A stretch of 64,000 bases of DNA from the human T2T-CHM13v2.0 reference genome, Homo sapiens. Each line of letters starts with the position of its first letter. Position 1 is the stretch's first letter. A model generated the notes under the pieces. That model saw only the letters and a program-made list of their open reading frames with translations, had not been told where the DNA came from and did not search any database. The translations under genes and the position numbers were made by a program. The stretch lies in the NCBI RefSeq assembly GCF_009914755.1, contig NC_060932.1; one strand, given 5' to 3'. Below are positions 42,852 to 62,174 of this stretch, piece after piece.

Positions 42852-43207
42852 TTATTCATTCATTCGTAATCATTTACTCAATGATTATCAAGGCCTATTA
42901 TGTTCATGTGTCTTGCAAGAAACACATAGAAAAATAAAACTTGGTCCCACCCTTTGAAATGGTGTAATACAGTAATAGATAACTGAGATTCACAGCCACA
43001 ACTTTCAGTCTAGTGTTGGTTTTGTCAGATCACCCCTGGACAGTCCATCTCACTGGGTACACTTTGACTCTGTATGTTAAACCAAAGTAATTCGGCAGTC
43101 ATCCCTTTTCACTAAATGTTGACACTAGGTGATCATGAATAGTCTCTGGGCTTGGGCAGGGCCATTTGGGAATTACCATTTTGGAACACCCATGTGCTTC
43201 TGAGCAT

Positions 43208-43490
43208 TTTTTTTTAATTTCAACTTTTATTTTAGATAGAGGGGGTACCCGTGCAGGTTTGTTACATGGGTATATTGCATCCAGGTAGTGAGCATAGTCC
43301 CCAGTAGTTAGTTATTCAGCCCACATCTTCTCCCTCCCCCCTCCCCCCCCCCCCCCACTCTATTAGTTCACAGTGTCTGTTGTTCCCATCTTTATGTCCA
43401 TGTGTGCTCAGTGTTTAATTCCCACTTATAAGTGAGAGCATGTGATATTTGGTATTCTGTTCCTGCATTAATTTGCTTAAGATTCTGGAG
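43208..43490 (-). mobile_element. 5'-truncated L1 (L1PA15/16-like) 3' end
   Basis: 3'UTR sequence; TSD ctgagcat at 43200-43207 and 43491-43498. Confidence 0.9.
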
Positions 43491-43869
43491 CTGAGCATGC
43501 TGTTGATCAAGTCTGTCCACATCAAATGTCAAGGATTCAAAACACCCTATCATATAAGATGGCCATTCACTTTTTACAGTCCAGACCTCAAGTCAGTGGT
43601 GTACTTCCATTACTAATGGAGAAGGTGTGTCCCAACTCCTGCCCTAGATTCATACCATAGCTAAGTAAATGAAAAATTCTCAAAAAATTATCTACTTATT
43701 AAAATAAGCATAACTTATTTTCTGTCAAACACCAAGTATTTTGCATCTGTTTGTAAATAGAGCAGTTTGCAAACTACAAGTGCGCATTTCAACCGATTCC
43801 TAGTCTTTTCACTCTCTCTTTATGTTCATCTTTCTTAATATAGTCTCAAAACACCCCCAAGGGGATTGG

Positions 43870-44232
43870 TGCTGATTCTTGCTTATTTTATATCAAAATT
43901 CTTGAGAGCTTGTTCCTCTGAAACAGGGCTCTTTTTTTCCTTCATTTTAAGGCATCTTCTCTGACTATTTCCTGCTGAAAAAAAAAAACTAATAATAACC
44001 TCCCACCTCTTGCACTAATTTCCCACTGATAATGGGATCCTGGTCATGGACTTTCTGCCTAAGATCACTTTTAATATTTTTTCCCTAAAAATACAGATGA
44101 AGGACTTCAAAGCTCTTTTGTTGTTTTTTATACTTTTCCCACTTGAGGAGTTACACAACTCTTGCTGCTGGACATTCAACTCATATTGAACACAATACTT
44201 GTACACAAATTAGCAATTTCTGTTGACTATCC
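43870..44232 (-). pseudogene. Candidate decayed N-terminal exon(s) of RGS22/RGSL1-like gene
   Basis: catttctctttctcaag| at 44232; KYKKQQKSFEVLHLYF*GKNIKSDLRQKVHDQDPII, and from 43974 QEIVREDALK*RKKRALFQRNKL; resemble RGS22 RFNADYGVFEV...FLEKQLKKILQ...NPIY and REEGIKWIKKER (from memory). Confidence 0.45.
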
Positions 44233-44325
44233 CTTGAGAAAGAGAAATGTCAGACATCTGATCTCCCCCAAACAAAGTGATGATTATAAAAATTATGTAA
44301 AAAATTTCACAATGCCTTACACCAA

Positions 44326-46739
44326 TGTATTATGTACTTCTTCACATGGCTATGAAGAAATACCCAAGGCTGTGTAATTTATAAAGAAAAAGAGGTTTAA
44401 TGGACTCATATTTCCACATAGCTGGGAAGGCCTCACAATCATGGTGGAAGGTGAAGGAGGAGCAAAGCTATGTTTTACATGGCAGCAGGCAAGAGTGTGT
44501 GTGCAGGGGAACTGCCCTTTATAAAACCACCAGATCTTGTGAGCGTTAATCACTATCATGAGAACAGCATGGGAAAGCCCACCCCCATGATTCAATTGCC
44601 TCCCACCAGGTCCTTCTGAAGACACATTAGGGATTATGGGAGCTATAATTCAAGATGAGATTTGGGTGAGGACAGAGCCAAATCATATCATTCTGCCTCT
44701 GGCCCCTATCAAATGTCATATCCTCACATTTCAAAACGAATCATGCCTTCCCAACAGTCACCCGAAGTCTTAACTCATTTCATCATTAACTCAAAGTCCC
44801 ACAGTTCAAAGTCTCATCTGAGACAAGGCCAGTCCCTTCTGTTTAGAGCCTGTAAAATCAAAAGCAAGTTAGTTACTTCCTATATACAATGGGGGTACAG
44901 GCATTGGGTAAATACACCTGTTCCAAATGGGAGAAACTGGCCAAAACGAAGGGTCTATAGGCCCTATGCAAGTCCAAAATCCAGCAGGGCAGTCAAATCT
45001 TAAAGCTCCAAAATGATATCCTTTGACACCATGTCTCACATCCAGGTCATGCTGATGCAAGAGGTGGGCTCCCACAGTCTTGGCCAGCTCTGTCTCTGTG
45101 GCTTTGCGGGATACAGCCCTCCCTGCTGGCTGCTGTAATAGGCTGGCATTGAGTGTCTGTGTCTTTTCCAGGTACACAGTGTAAACTGTTGGTGGATCTA
45201 CCATTCTGGGGTCTGGAGGATGGGGGCCCTCTTCTTGCAGCTCCACTAGGCAGTGCCCCAGTGGGGACTGTGGGCGTAGGGAGCTCTAACCCCACATTTG
45301 CCTTCCACACTGCCCTGTCAGAGGTTCTCAATGAGGGCCCCATCCCTGCAGCAAACTTCTGCCTGAACATCCACGTGTTTCCATACATCCTCTGAAATCT
45401 AGGCAGAGGCTCCCAAACTTCAATTCCTGACTTCTGTGCACTCACAGACTCAACACCACATGGAAGCTGCCACAGCTTGGGGCTTCCACCCTCTGAAGCC
45501 CTGACCTGAGCTGTACCTTGGCACAGTTTAGTCAAGGCTGGAGCAGCTGGGACACAGGGCACCAAGTACCAAGGCTACACACAGCAGTGGGGGCCTGGGC
45601 CCAGCCCACGAAACCATTTTTTCCTTCTAGGCCTCTGGGCCTGTGATGGGAGGGGCTGCTGGAAGGTCTTTGACATGCCCTGGAAACATTTTCCCCATTG
45701 TCTTGGCAGTTAACATTTACTCCTCATTACTATGCAAATTTATGCAGCCAGCTTGATTTTCTCCTCAGAAAATCAGAAGATGGGTTTTTCTTTTCTATTG
45801 CATTGTCAGGCTGCAAATTTTCCAAACTGTTATGCTCTGCTTCCCTTTTAAACATTCCAAACATTTTAAATGTTCCAAACCATATCTTTGTGAATGAATA
45901 AAACTAAATGCTTTAAAGAGCACCCAAGTCACATCTCTAATACTTTTCTGCGTAGAAATTTCTTCCACCAAATACCCTAAATCATCTCTCTCAAGTTCAA
46001 AGTTTCACAGATCTCTAGGGCAGGGTCAAATGCTGCCAGTCTCATTGCTAAAGCATAACAGGAGTCACTTTTACTCCATTTCCCAACAAGTTCCTCATCT
46101 CCATCAGAGACCACCTCAGCCTGGACTTTATTGTCCATATCATTATCAGCATTTTGGTCAAAGCCATTCAACAATTCTCTAGGAAGTTCCAAACTTTCCC
46201 ACATCTTGTCTTATGAGCCTTCCAAGTTTTTAGGAAGTTCCAAACTTTCCCACATTTTCCTGTCTTCTTCTGAGTCCTCCAACTGTTCCAACCTCTGCCT
46301 GTTACCCAGTTCCAAAGTAACTTCAACATTTTTGGGTATCTTTACAGCAGCACCCCATTACTTCGTACTAATTTACTGTATTAGTCCATTTTCATATTGC
46401 TATGAAGAACTACCCAAGACTGGGTAATTTATAAAGAAAAAGAGATTTAATGGACTCACAGTTCCACATGACTGGGGAGGTCTTATAATCATGGCAGAAG
46501 GCAAAGGAGGAGCAAGGGCACATCTTACATGGTGGCAGGCAAGAGAACATGTACAGGGGAAGTGCCCTTTATAAAACCTTCAGATCTCATGAGACTTATT
46601 CACTATCATGAGAACAGCACAGGAAAACCTGCCCCCATGATGCAGTTACCTCCCACCAGGTCCCTCCCATGACATGTGGGGATTGTGGGAGCTACAGTTC
46701 AAGAGGAGATTTGGGTGAGGGCACAACCAAACCATATCA
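44326..46739 (-). mobile_element. Complete THE1 (C/D-like) MaLR: LTR 44326-44690, internal, LTR 46377-46739
   Basis: Two ~365-bp LTRs with TG...CA ends; 5-bp TSD accaa at 44321-44325 and 46740-46744. Confidence 0.96.
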
Positions 46740-46799
46740 ACCAAAAAGCTCCAGTTTCTGTAAATGTGTTCATGTTATTGCACTAGTCAAATCTGCAGA

Positions 46800-48410
<1,611 letters not shown>

Positions 48411-49644
48411 TTATCTCTGGCTCTTCCTACTCCTTCCAAAGGCCAAGATGTACACTCTGGATGATTACACAGTACTTTAAAAGTACTTCAAAGGTAATTC
48501 TTTTTATCATTATCTCATCAAGGCTGTATAATCCAGGTGGACAGGACCATTTGTCTTTTATTCTTAGCATATTTTTAGCATATGGAGAATACTCAATAAA
48601 ATTTGATAAAATTTCCTTTTTAGCTCTTAGTGCAGTCATTACTTGCTTACTAGGTTATTACGCATGAAATCCAAGATTACAGAACACTTAGAAGAAGGTA
48701 CATTTCTTATATTTTTGAAACCAAATTGTATACAAAGTAAGCACAGTTTGAGTTAAAGTTGTTTCTTGGATTTATTCTTACTTATGTTTATTTAAAATTT
48801 GATTATAAGAAGATATATGCCAATAGTGCAGATGTAAAAAAAAAAAAGGAAGACTTAAAATTTACTGCTATCTACTGTTAAGTAGCTCTGAGTTCTTAAA
48901 AATGTAATTATGTTTGTAACTTGTTAAATTGAAGGTTTTTAAACCATAAAACCCATAACAAATAAGATTTATCGTATTTCCAATTCCATGCTGTTTGAGA
49001 AATACATTTTTTTCTGAAGGCTTAGCAAATAAATATTTAAGTTGAATATAAACTTGAATTTTTCACTAAACTTTTAAAATATGCTTATTAAATGTTCTTA
49101 TTCCTTAAATTACAATGTAACTTTGGATGACTTGGGTGGTTTTGAGATTATTTGAAGAATCTCTTTTTTCAAAAGTATGTATTAAGGTATAACCAGTCCA
49201 CCAATTCTGTTACTTTTCTACTGATGTTTTTAAGAAATTTGACTTAATAGAGGCTTACAAATGGCTCCTTAAATAGGAGATAGGCGAACTGAATGGAATA
49301 GACCTAATTCCCCAAATATTAGTTTAAAATTTACTTCAAAAAGATAAAAATTAGTTTATACTTGAGGAATATTTTCAAAACTGAATTATAAAATGAAATT
49401 TTAGGAGTTGATTTTTGACTTAGGTAACCAGTATTTGATGATTTTCATGCTCATACAAATATTATCAAATTGAAACATCTCTTTTTCTCTGAAAGGCCAA
49501 CTTTGTTTCTCTGTGGAATTCCTCACTGTTTTATGTGTTTGGTCACATCCAAAAAGTTTGTCTTTTTGAGTTCCCCCTTTTCTGTAGATATTCTCCTTGG
49601 CGTTTCACCATAGTCCATAGACGTTAGATCGTCTTCTCCACCAT

Positions 49645-49982
49645 GTATATTATTCAGGTGATGGGTGCTCTAAAAGCCCTGACTTTACCCCTATACAATA
49701 TATGCATGTAACAAAATTGCACGTGTACTGCGTAGATTTGTACAAATAAAAAGGGGGAAATATATTATTGGTCACCAACAAAAAGAGCACATGAATTGGT
49801 GAATCTTAACTAAAAAGAGAACTGCAAGGCAATTGATGTGTTAATTAGTGTAATGTGGCAATCATTTCACAATTCATGTGTATGTCAAATCATTACACTG
49901 TATATCTCGAATATATCCAACTGTTATTTGTCAAGTATACCTCAACAAGGCTGGAAAAAATGGGAAAATAAATAAATAAATG
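49645..49982 (+). mobile_element. Two short L1M 3'-end fragments (~49645-49752, ~49820-49982)
   Basis: ggtgatgggtgctctaaaagccctgacttt...tacaaataaaa; atcatttcacaat...tatacctcaacaaggctgg. Confidence 0.75.
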
Positions 49983-50659
49983 AAATGATGAGCAATAATA
50001 TTTTATAAATGTCCTTACATGAAAGAATATTTTCTCTTTGGATTTTTTCTGATCCAAGTAATTGCAATTGCAAAAACCAGGAATCACTAATGTAGAGATA
50101 TGGATGGCCAATTTGGGTTGCTTATACTATGACTATATCAGAAATGCAGCTTATTCCTTTCTCCAAATAGTCCCTGAGATTTTGCAGATGTCCATACAGC
50201 AGAAATAGGTCTTAGTTTGTGGCTTGCATGCAAATATACAAAGCTTGATTGTAGGCATAACCCCTTTTTTCCTATAGATAGTTTATGAGAATGTTGCAAT
50301 CAAAACCATGTCCTAACATTCCCAGTGTGCTCCCAAATCCCTTGTCCCAGTTAGCATTTAGTTATGTGAGCAAACTGATTTCACAATGAGTCCATGAGAT
50401 AACTGAATCTGTCTCCAGAATTTTAGTGTGATCGTGCTTAATAGCAAATGACCATTTAAGGTCCCCACCCAATCCTAAAACAGCCTTCTGGATTTCAAGA
50501 AGCTATATAATAGCTGGTTATGCCATCATTAAGCCTCAATTAAATGATTATTAAGGCCTTTCTGTGCTTGGAGTTATGGGGAAACATAGAAATGAATGCA
50601 AAAGTTATAATCCTTTCAAAATATTTTTTATTGCTTGCGCTTGATTACATATTAAAAGA

Positions 50660-50953
50660 TTTTTTTTTTCTTTTTTTGAGACAGAGTCTCGCTTTGTCAC
50701 CCAGGCTGGAATGCAGTGGCCTGATCTCAGCTCACTGCAACCTCTGCCTCCCGGGTTCAAGCAATTCTTCTGCTCAGCCTCCCAAGTAGCTAGGACTACA
50801 GGCACATGCCACCACACCTGGCTAATTTTTGTATTTTTAGTATGGACGGGGTTTCACCATATTGGCCAGGCTGGTCTCGAACTCCCAACCTCATGATCCA
50901 CTCTCTTGGGCCTCCCAAAGTGCTGGGATTACAGGCATGAGCCACCCTGCCCG
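50660..50953 (-). mobile_element. AluS (Sg/Sc-like)
   Basis: Full dimer with cctcatgatcc. Confidence 0.95.
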
Positions 50954-52079
50954 TAATGCACTCTTGTACTTTAAAGGAAGAAATGAAGAATTAAAGGAAT
51001 GAAGAAGCCAAAAGATTTTATCAAGGCAGAGCTATATCTATTAAGCCTTCAAAGCTAAACTTGTTTTTCCCGAGTTGTCAATGTCCCAGATAAAATAAAA
51101 TTTGATCTTGATTAGCCTTTTATTAAATAGACCAATAAAAAGTTAAAATTATTATGTTTGTAAAATGTATTTTGAATAACATGGTTCAGATATTTTCATA
51201 TAGCAGTAAGTATAGATTGGAAATAATATAAACAGTTAAACCTGGTCATTGTACTACTTATAACCTTAAAAGGAAATAAAAGTATAAATGGGAATAGGAA
51301 TAGATTACCTACTAAGAAATGATATGTTATAATAGCAAGAATAAATAATTTGCCTATTTCTTAATGATCTGAACAAAATGTGTTTTTCAGAGATTTTTTG
51401 AATCAGAAAAGTGTACCTATAACATATTCTATCTAAGAATTTAAACTGGTGATAAAACTGGAAATAGAAAAGAATAAAGATTGCTTCTAAATAGAAAATG
51501 CTTAAAACCAGCAGTATTTATTGATATTTTGTGCAATAAAAGAAAATGAAAGATGCAGTTATTTCAGCTGCTTTCTCAGGTAAAGCTGTTTTTAAAGAAA
51601 ACTTCTTAAAGCTATGGCTAACCCAGCTCCCACGTGAAATGACTTTTTTTATGACATTTTCAATGTACCTTCAATGCATGTACTTCTAGTCTAAATTATT
51701 AGCCTAGGCTACTTTCCCTTTACTCACCTCAGATAGCATTTTTCAAGAAATAAACTTATGTACATCACAAGTGGAAAATAAAACCACGTTCTATTTCTTC
51801 ATTTATAGGAGGTTGAACTTCTCTGGAGTGCTAGAGCTATAGATTTTTCTGGATGTGTGCTTCAGAGTGAAGTCAAGTGATATTACTTTTCTCTTAAATT
51901 ACCAACCAATTGAAAAAAAATCCTTAGTTCTAAATTTCAAATTCCACCGATATCATAAGTCATACAAAAGCACTTTGCTTTTCACCCTTTATTTTTTAAC
52001 ATTGTCTATATGGGAATGGACAACTCTTGATTACTACAGCTAAATTGTCAGTTTTATGAATTACTTCCTATAAAAATGA

Positions 52080-52423
<344 letters not shown>

Positions 52424-53700
52424 AAGTGTAGCGTTTTTTAATGCAAACAAGCATATGATAAGGAATTTAAAAGGAGGCTGCAAAAGGTCAGAAAAATTGT
52501 ACAAACCTATTTCAACATGGAGTTCTTTCTTGAGTCTCTTTATTACTTTCACATTTCCTGCAGAAAGCTAAAAGTTCACTAGCAACAGTGCATAAAAGAA
52601 ATAATAGTAAGGCGGTGTAATCACTAAGGAGCTGAAGCACTGGCATCTCTTAAAATGCTGGATTACCTCAGTGCTGATCAGTGGAAAATCAAAAAGGATG
52701 AGAAGGATGACAAACACTTTTGAGCTCTGAATGAAGAGGATACTGCCTTGCTGAAAAATCGTGGTCAGAGCACTTATTCTAGGCAGATTAAGCAGGTTGA
52801 GAATGACATTCAACAACTTCTTAAGAAAATTAATTATCTCAGTAGTGTTAAAGAGTCTGACACTAGCCTGGCCACCACCAGCACTCTGGGATTTGGCTGC
52901 AAATAAGCAAATGCTCCAGGGTGAACAATGTTTACAGGTTGCAAGGTGTAGAAAGATAGTAAATGCTGATTCTGAGAACTCAAAATACATTGTCAATGTG
53001 GAGCAGATTGCTAAGTTTATGGCAGACCTCAGTGATCTACTGACATTGAGGCAGGGATGAAATTTGATGTGGAAGAATGTAAGTATTAAATTCATATTCC
53101 CATACTTTCTAAGATTGATCCAACAATTACCATGATGCCAGTGGAGTAAAAACCTGATGTCATATACAGTGATGTTGTTGGCTGTAGGGAACAGATTGAG
53201 ACATTGTAAGTAGTTGAAACCCCACTACTTCATCCAGAGAGATTTGTTAACCTTGGCATGGAGCCTCCCAAGAGTGTGCTCTTTGGTCCACTAGGTGCAA
53301 GACACTCTGTGCTTAGGTGGTTGCTAAATAGGACTGATGCTTGCTTCATTGAGTTATTGGATATTAACTTTTACAGAAATATATCTGCAAAGGGGCTGGA
53401 ATGATTCATGAGCTCTTCCCAATGGCCAGAACAAGAAACGCCTGCCTTATCTTCTTTGATGAAACTGATGCTATTGGAAGAGCTCAGTTTGATGATGGTG
53501 CTGGAGGTGACAATGAAGTACAGAGAAAAATGTGAGAACTAATTCATCAGTTGGATGGCTTTGACCCTCAAGGCAATATTAAGTGCTGATGGCCACTAAC
53601 AGACCTGATACTTTGGATTCAGCACTGATGAAGCCAGGGAAATTGGATAGAAAGATTGAATTTAGTTTACCTGATCTAGAGGGTCAGACTCACATCTTTA

Positions 53701-57400
<3,700 letters not shown>

Positions 57401-57511
57401 AGATTCATACTTGTTCAATGGATGTTGAAAGATACCAGATTTGCATGGTTAGCACAACTACATCTATACAGCACTGGGGCTGAGATTAGACGCTTTTGTG
57501 TAGAAGCTAGG

Positions 57512-57856
57512 TTTTTTTGTTTTGTTGTTTTGTTTTTGGTTTTGGTTTTGGTTTTGGTTTTGAAACTGAGTCTCACACTGTCACCCAGGCTGGAGTGCAG
57601 TGGCACAATCCCGGTTCACTGCAACCTCCGCCTCCTGATTTCAAGCGATTCTCCTGCCACATCCTCCTGAGTTGCTGGGATTATAGGCATGTGCCACCAT
57701 GCCCAGCTTATTCTGTATATTAAGTAGAGACCAAGTTTCACTATATTAGCCAGACTGATCTCGAACTCCCGATCAGGAACTCTCGATCCCTCAGGTGATC
57801 CACCCACCTCAGCCTCCCAAAGTGGTGGGATTACAGGCGTTGAGCCATGCCTGGCT
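57512..57856 (-). mobile_element. AluSx-like inside PSMC2 pseudogene
   Basis: Full dimer, cctcaggtgatcc; (TTTTGG)n-type tail. Confidence 0.95.
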
Positions 57857-58672
57857 GTAGCTGGTATGTTTTTGATCAGAGCATGGTAAAAAAATGCTAC
57901 TGAGGATTGCTTGGAAGACGTAAATAAGATCATTAACTATTATGCCAAATTCAGCACTACTCACTGCTAACATGACATGACTGAGCCCTGAAGGCTTTCA
58001 AATGAAAACACATCTTTTCATTGGAATCCTAACTTTGTATGGAGTTGTTAATAACCACTTCACAAAAAAGACTTCAACATTATAAAATAATAATAGTAAT
58101 TGTCATTTACTGAATACGTGATACTTGTGCCAAGTTACTGTGCTGACCATTTATGTTTATTTGATAAATATTTATTGAGTACCCACTATGAATTAGGATG
58201 AGGAAGATGATCACTGCCTTCAAGGAGCATATAATCAAATATAAACAGATATGCCCAAGGCAATGATAAGGAGACTCAGTGGGAATTATGAAAGCACCGA
58301 CTAGCCTGAGGTAAAGCTTTCTGGAAAAGTTTTTGATTGAGCTCCATATTAAAGAAATTAGAAGATTGCATTTGAAGATGAAGAGAAATGACATCCTAAG
58401 CAATGAATTTGTGTGGACAAAAGCATTGATGAGAAAACACTATCTGTGTTCAAAGAACTACAAAGAAGTTAGTATTTGAAAGGTCAGAACTGAGAAGACC
58501 TGAGGCTGGAAAGGTATGCAGAATTAAAATCGTGTAAGAATTGGCATGACATTTTAAGATACCCAAACTTTTTTCTGTAGGTGAGAGAAATCAATCAAGA
58601 CTTTGAAAGGCCATACATGGCATATATGCATACCTTACATACATGTCAGGGTACAGTTTGTATTTATGAAGA

Positions 58673-59052
58673 TGTATTAGTTCAGGCTGCCCTGTCAAAT
58701 TGTCATAGATAGGGAAGTTTAAGCAACAGCAATTTATTTTTTGCACAGTTTAGGAGGTAGAGAAATCAATCATCCAGGGGCTGGCAAAGCAAGTTTTACC
58801 TGAGGCCTCCTCTCAGCTGGTAGGCAGTCGCCATTTTGCTGTGTGCTCACGTGACTTCTTTGTGGGAGCAAAGAGAGAGCAAGCTCTCTGGTGTCTTTCC
58901 TTATGAAGGCACTAATCCTATTATGAGGATTCTACCCTCATGACCTCGTCTAACTCATTACCTCCCAAAGGCCCCATTTCCAAATACAATCACATTGGAG
59001 GCTGGGGTTTTGACATGGGAATGTATTGAGACACAAACATTGAGTCCATAAC
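58673..59052 (-). mobile_element. MLT1A/B-type MaLR solo LTR
   Basis: tgtattagttcaggctgcc...aggcactaatcctattatgagg...gagtccataaca. Confidence 0.75.
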
Positions 59053-59453
59053 AGGGGAGAAGGAAAGAAACAGAAGAGCAGCCGTGAGGTGAAATCAGTG
59101 GGTTTGAATGGTCATTTGATTGATTGATTGATTGATTGTAGCTCAGAGAGAAGATACAGTCTACTTTTTTCTCTACCCATTGTAACCCATCAACTCTATG
59201 CCACCAGGTGAGGCTACTGCACTAGTCTTCATCCTAGTTCCCTTCCTGCTCTTTACCCAACCCCCACCATCGTCTCCACTACCAGCCCTCATTCCACCAC
59301 CCTCCTCAGCACTGTTCAGCTCCTTTCTAGTACCTGATTCTCTCCCAATTTAGGACATTTGCACATTCTAGTGGAGAAAATAGGTAAGTATACAAATAAA
59401 TGCAACTCAGTATGCTAAGTACTACTGAATCACAGAAGTTACTAATGGTAGTA

Positions 59454-60047
59454 TAGTCAGTTCTGTTATAAATATGACATACATGTTCCTGAAAAATTAT
59501 CACACCATGTAGAATTACACAATTTAAAAAACACAGGGCTAATGATCAAATGGGCTTGGAGTTCAGCATTCAAAAATTTTGTCACTGCCATATTTTTAAA
59601 AATAAGAATCTAATGAAAATGACAATGTTTGTGTGTGTGTGAATAGTTAAGAAACACATACATGATACAATAATGTGGGTATTTTTACCATAAAATCTGG
59701 TTTGCTTTTGGAAGTGAGTATTAAAAGGGTTGCAGCTTGTGAATTATTAGGAAGTAGGAGGACAGTGAGCTGAAATCAGAGGAAAGGTTGTATTAGGTGC
59801 AGATAGGTGTGGCTTATAAAACACCCAGTGAATGGAGAGAGCTGGTGCATGTTTGTGGTATGTGTGGATTAGGGTACATTTTGTGTATCTCCACTTAGCT
59901 TGGACACAGCTGGTGCAGTTTTTTTGCATTCCCCACATGTTTCTCATGGAGGAAATCATGCATAAGTAACCTTAATTTTTTTCTTTTTATCAATTCCTTT
60001 AGAACAAATTTACTTTTTCAAAACAGGCATTATAGCAAAACTGACAA
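59454..60047. mobile_element. Tigger-family non-autonomous DNA transposon
   Basis: Terminal inverted repeats gtcagttctgttataa / ttatagcaaaactgac. Confidence 0.65.
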
Positions 60048-60097
60048 TAATTGTGCCATGAACAGTTGGAAAAATTATCACAAAAGTGGTGAAGTAA

Positions 60098-60561
<464 letters not shown>

Positions 60562-62174
60562 ATTACATCATAATGTTTTTAAAAGTTTTATCAAACATAT
60601 TTTCATCATCATAAGTGTTGTAATTCACTTCCTTTTCCAACATTTGATTATTTATTTCTTATTCCCCCCAATGACGGGAAAAATAATTTGACTTCATTTG
60701 ATGTCTAAAACCTTCATTTTATATATGTGCCTTTCTTTTTGTGTAACCCACCTAATAACATGGCAACATTGTAAAAATTTCAAATACTTTCACTCTAACT
60801 GAATTAACTTTGCCTTGACATTAAATATTACAAATAGTCTTTCCATGTTAGAAAATATCTTTCACATACTTTGAAATAACAAAAATGGCAACTTCATGAA
60901 TTCTAATCCAGGGGTAATCATGTTTTCATTTTTTGTGTTCTGATATATTACAAACTTGATGGTTTAAATTAATGTTAATTAGAATTTTTAATTCAGCCAA
61001 AGAAATATTGTTCCTTGAGGTTTAACCTATTCTATTTCAAATTAACAAAATACAAAATGTATTCTTATATTACATGGATTCATTAAATCAATTAATAGTC
61101 ACTTATTAAATGCCTACCATATGCATAAAATGATCTTAGGGTCTATGAGTCTATTTCATTTCATTTCATGTCTTATAATTTCCAATGTTCCCTCTTGTTG
61201 AGTATTGTATATCTGTACTCAGAACACTCTTGATAGAAGCACATCGAATGGGAAAAAATACCCGAGTGAAAACAACATTATTATTTCACTCAACTGATTA
61301 GGTTAATTGATTTCCTGATAGACGTAGGCCTTATTCCACATGGATGATCAAATTTATTATAGTTTCCGATCCTTTGAGAACACTGAAATCTAAGTTTTAC
61401 AGTGACTTACTGCTTTATATAGACAAGTATCTTGTTTAGCTCAGTTACTTGAAACACAAAAAATTGTAATAATTTAAAAAATGTGTTGCATAATTGGCAA
61501 AATTACTGAACCTATTCAAACTACTTGTAGTACACTGAATTTTTTAGGGTTCTATGAAGTACTCTACAGAAGTTTTCTAGAAACTTCTTTTATTTTCTGC
61601 AAAAATTCTGTAATTTTTTTTGTTTGGGGTATTCACTCTCTCACTACATCTTGAAGACAGTTGTGTCATTGAAATTGCTGAGATTGTTAATGTAATGACT
61701 GTTATAATGCAAGCTCTGTTAGGTAAATCCTTTGATTCTTATTTTTATTTCTCATGATCCCATCCACCTTTTTGCTCAGTTCATTTTTTGGGCACTTTAC
61801 AGACAGAAATAATATGAGAAAGATAATATACTCATAATCAGTTAATTCTACTCTTTTTGGGGATAAATAAAAGAAAAAGAATTTAAATGGACAAATGGAC
61901 ACTCAAAGTATTTCATTTATTTAATTCCTCCCCCAATTGCCATTGATGAACTAAGCTACTTCTCACTCCTCATAGTTTTTTTTTTTCTTTAGCTTAGGAA
62001 CGCATATTTGTAATATGAAACAATGCTGGATAAGACTTGCCTTTCTGTGTTAAATAATATGTAATATTCATCAGTATAGAATTTATTTGGAAGAGGCCTT
62101 GGAATTCCATAATCTAGAATGTTAGGTGACAAAATAACAGGATACAAATAAAGGCAAATATGTATCCAATAAGA

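Noticed and set aside
44350-46427. Multiple 70-170 aa ORFs and an internal ~50-bp duplication near 46175-46285
   Set aside because: All inside THE1; as I recall, the duplication is a feature of THE1-internal copies rather than locus-specific
48650-48700. Plus-strand 44-nt exon candidate (ttactag|...AAG|gtacat)
   Set aside because: Isolated, no recognisable product
52568-53095. 175-aa minus ORF and 99-aa plus ORF as functional CDS
   Set aside because: Antisense and frameshifted frames of the PSMC2 processed pseudogene
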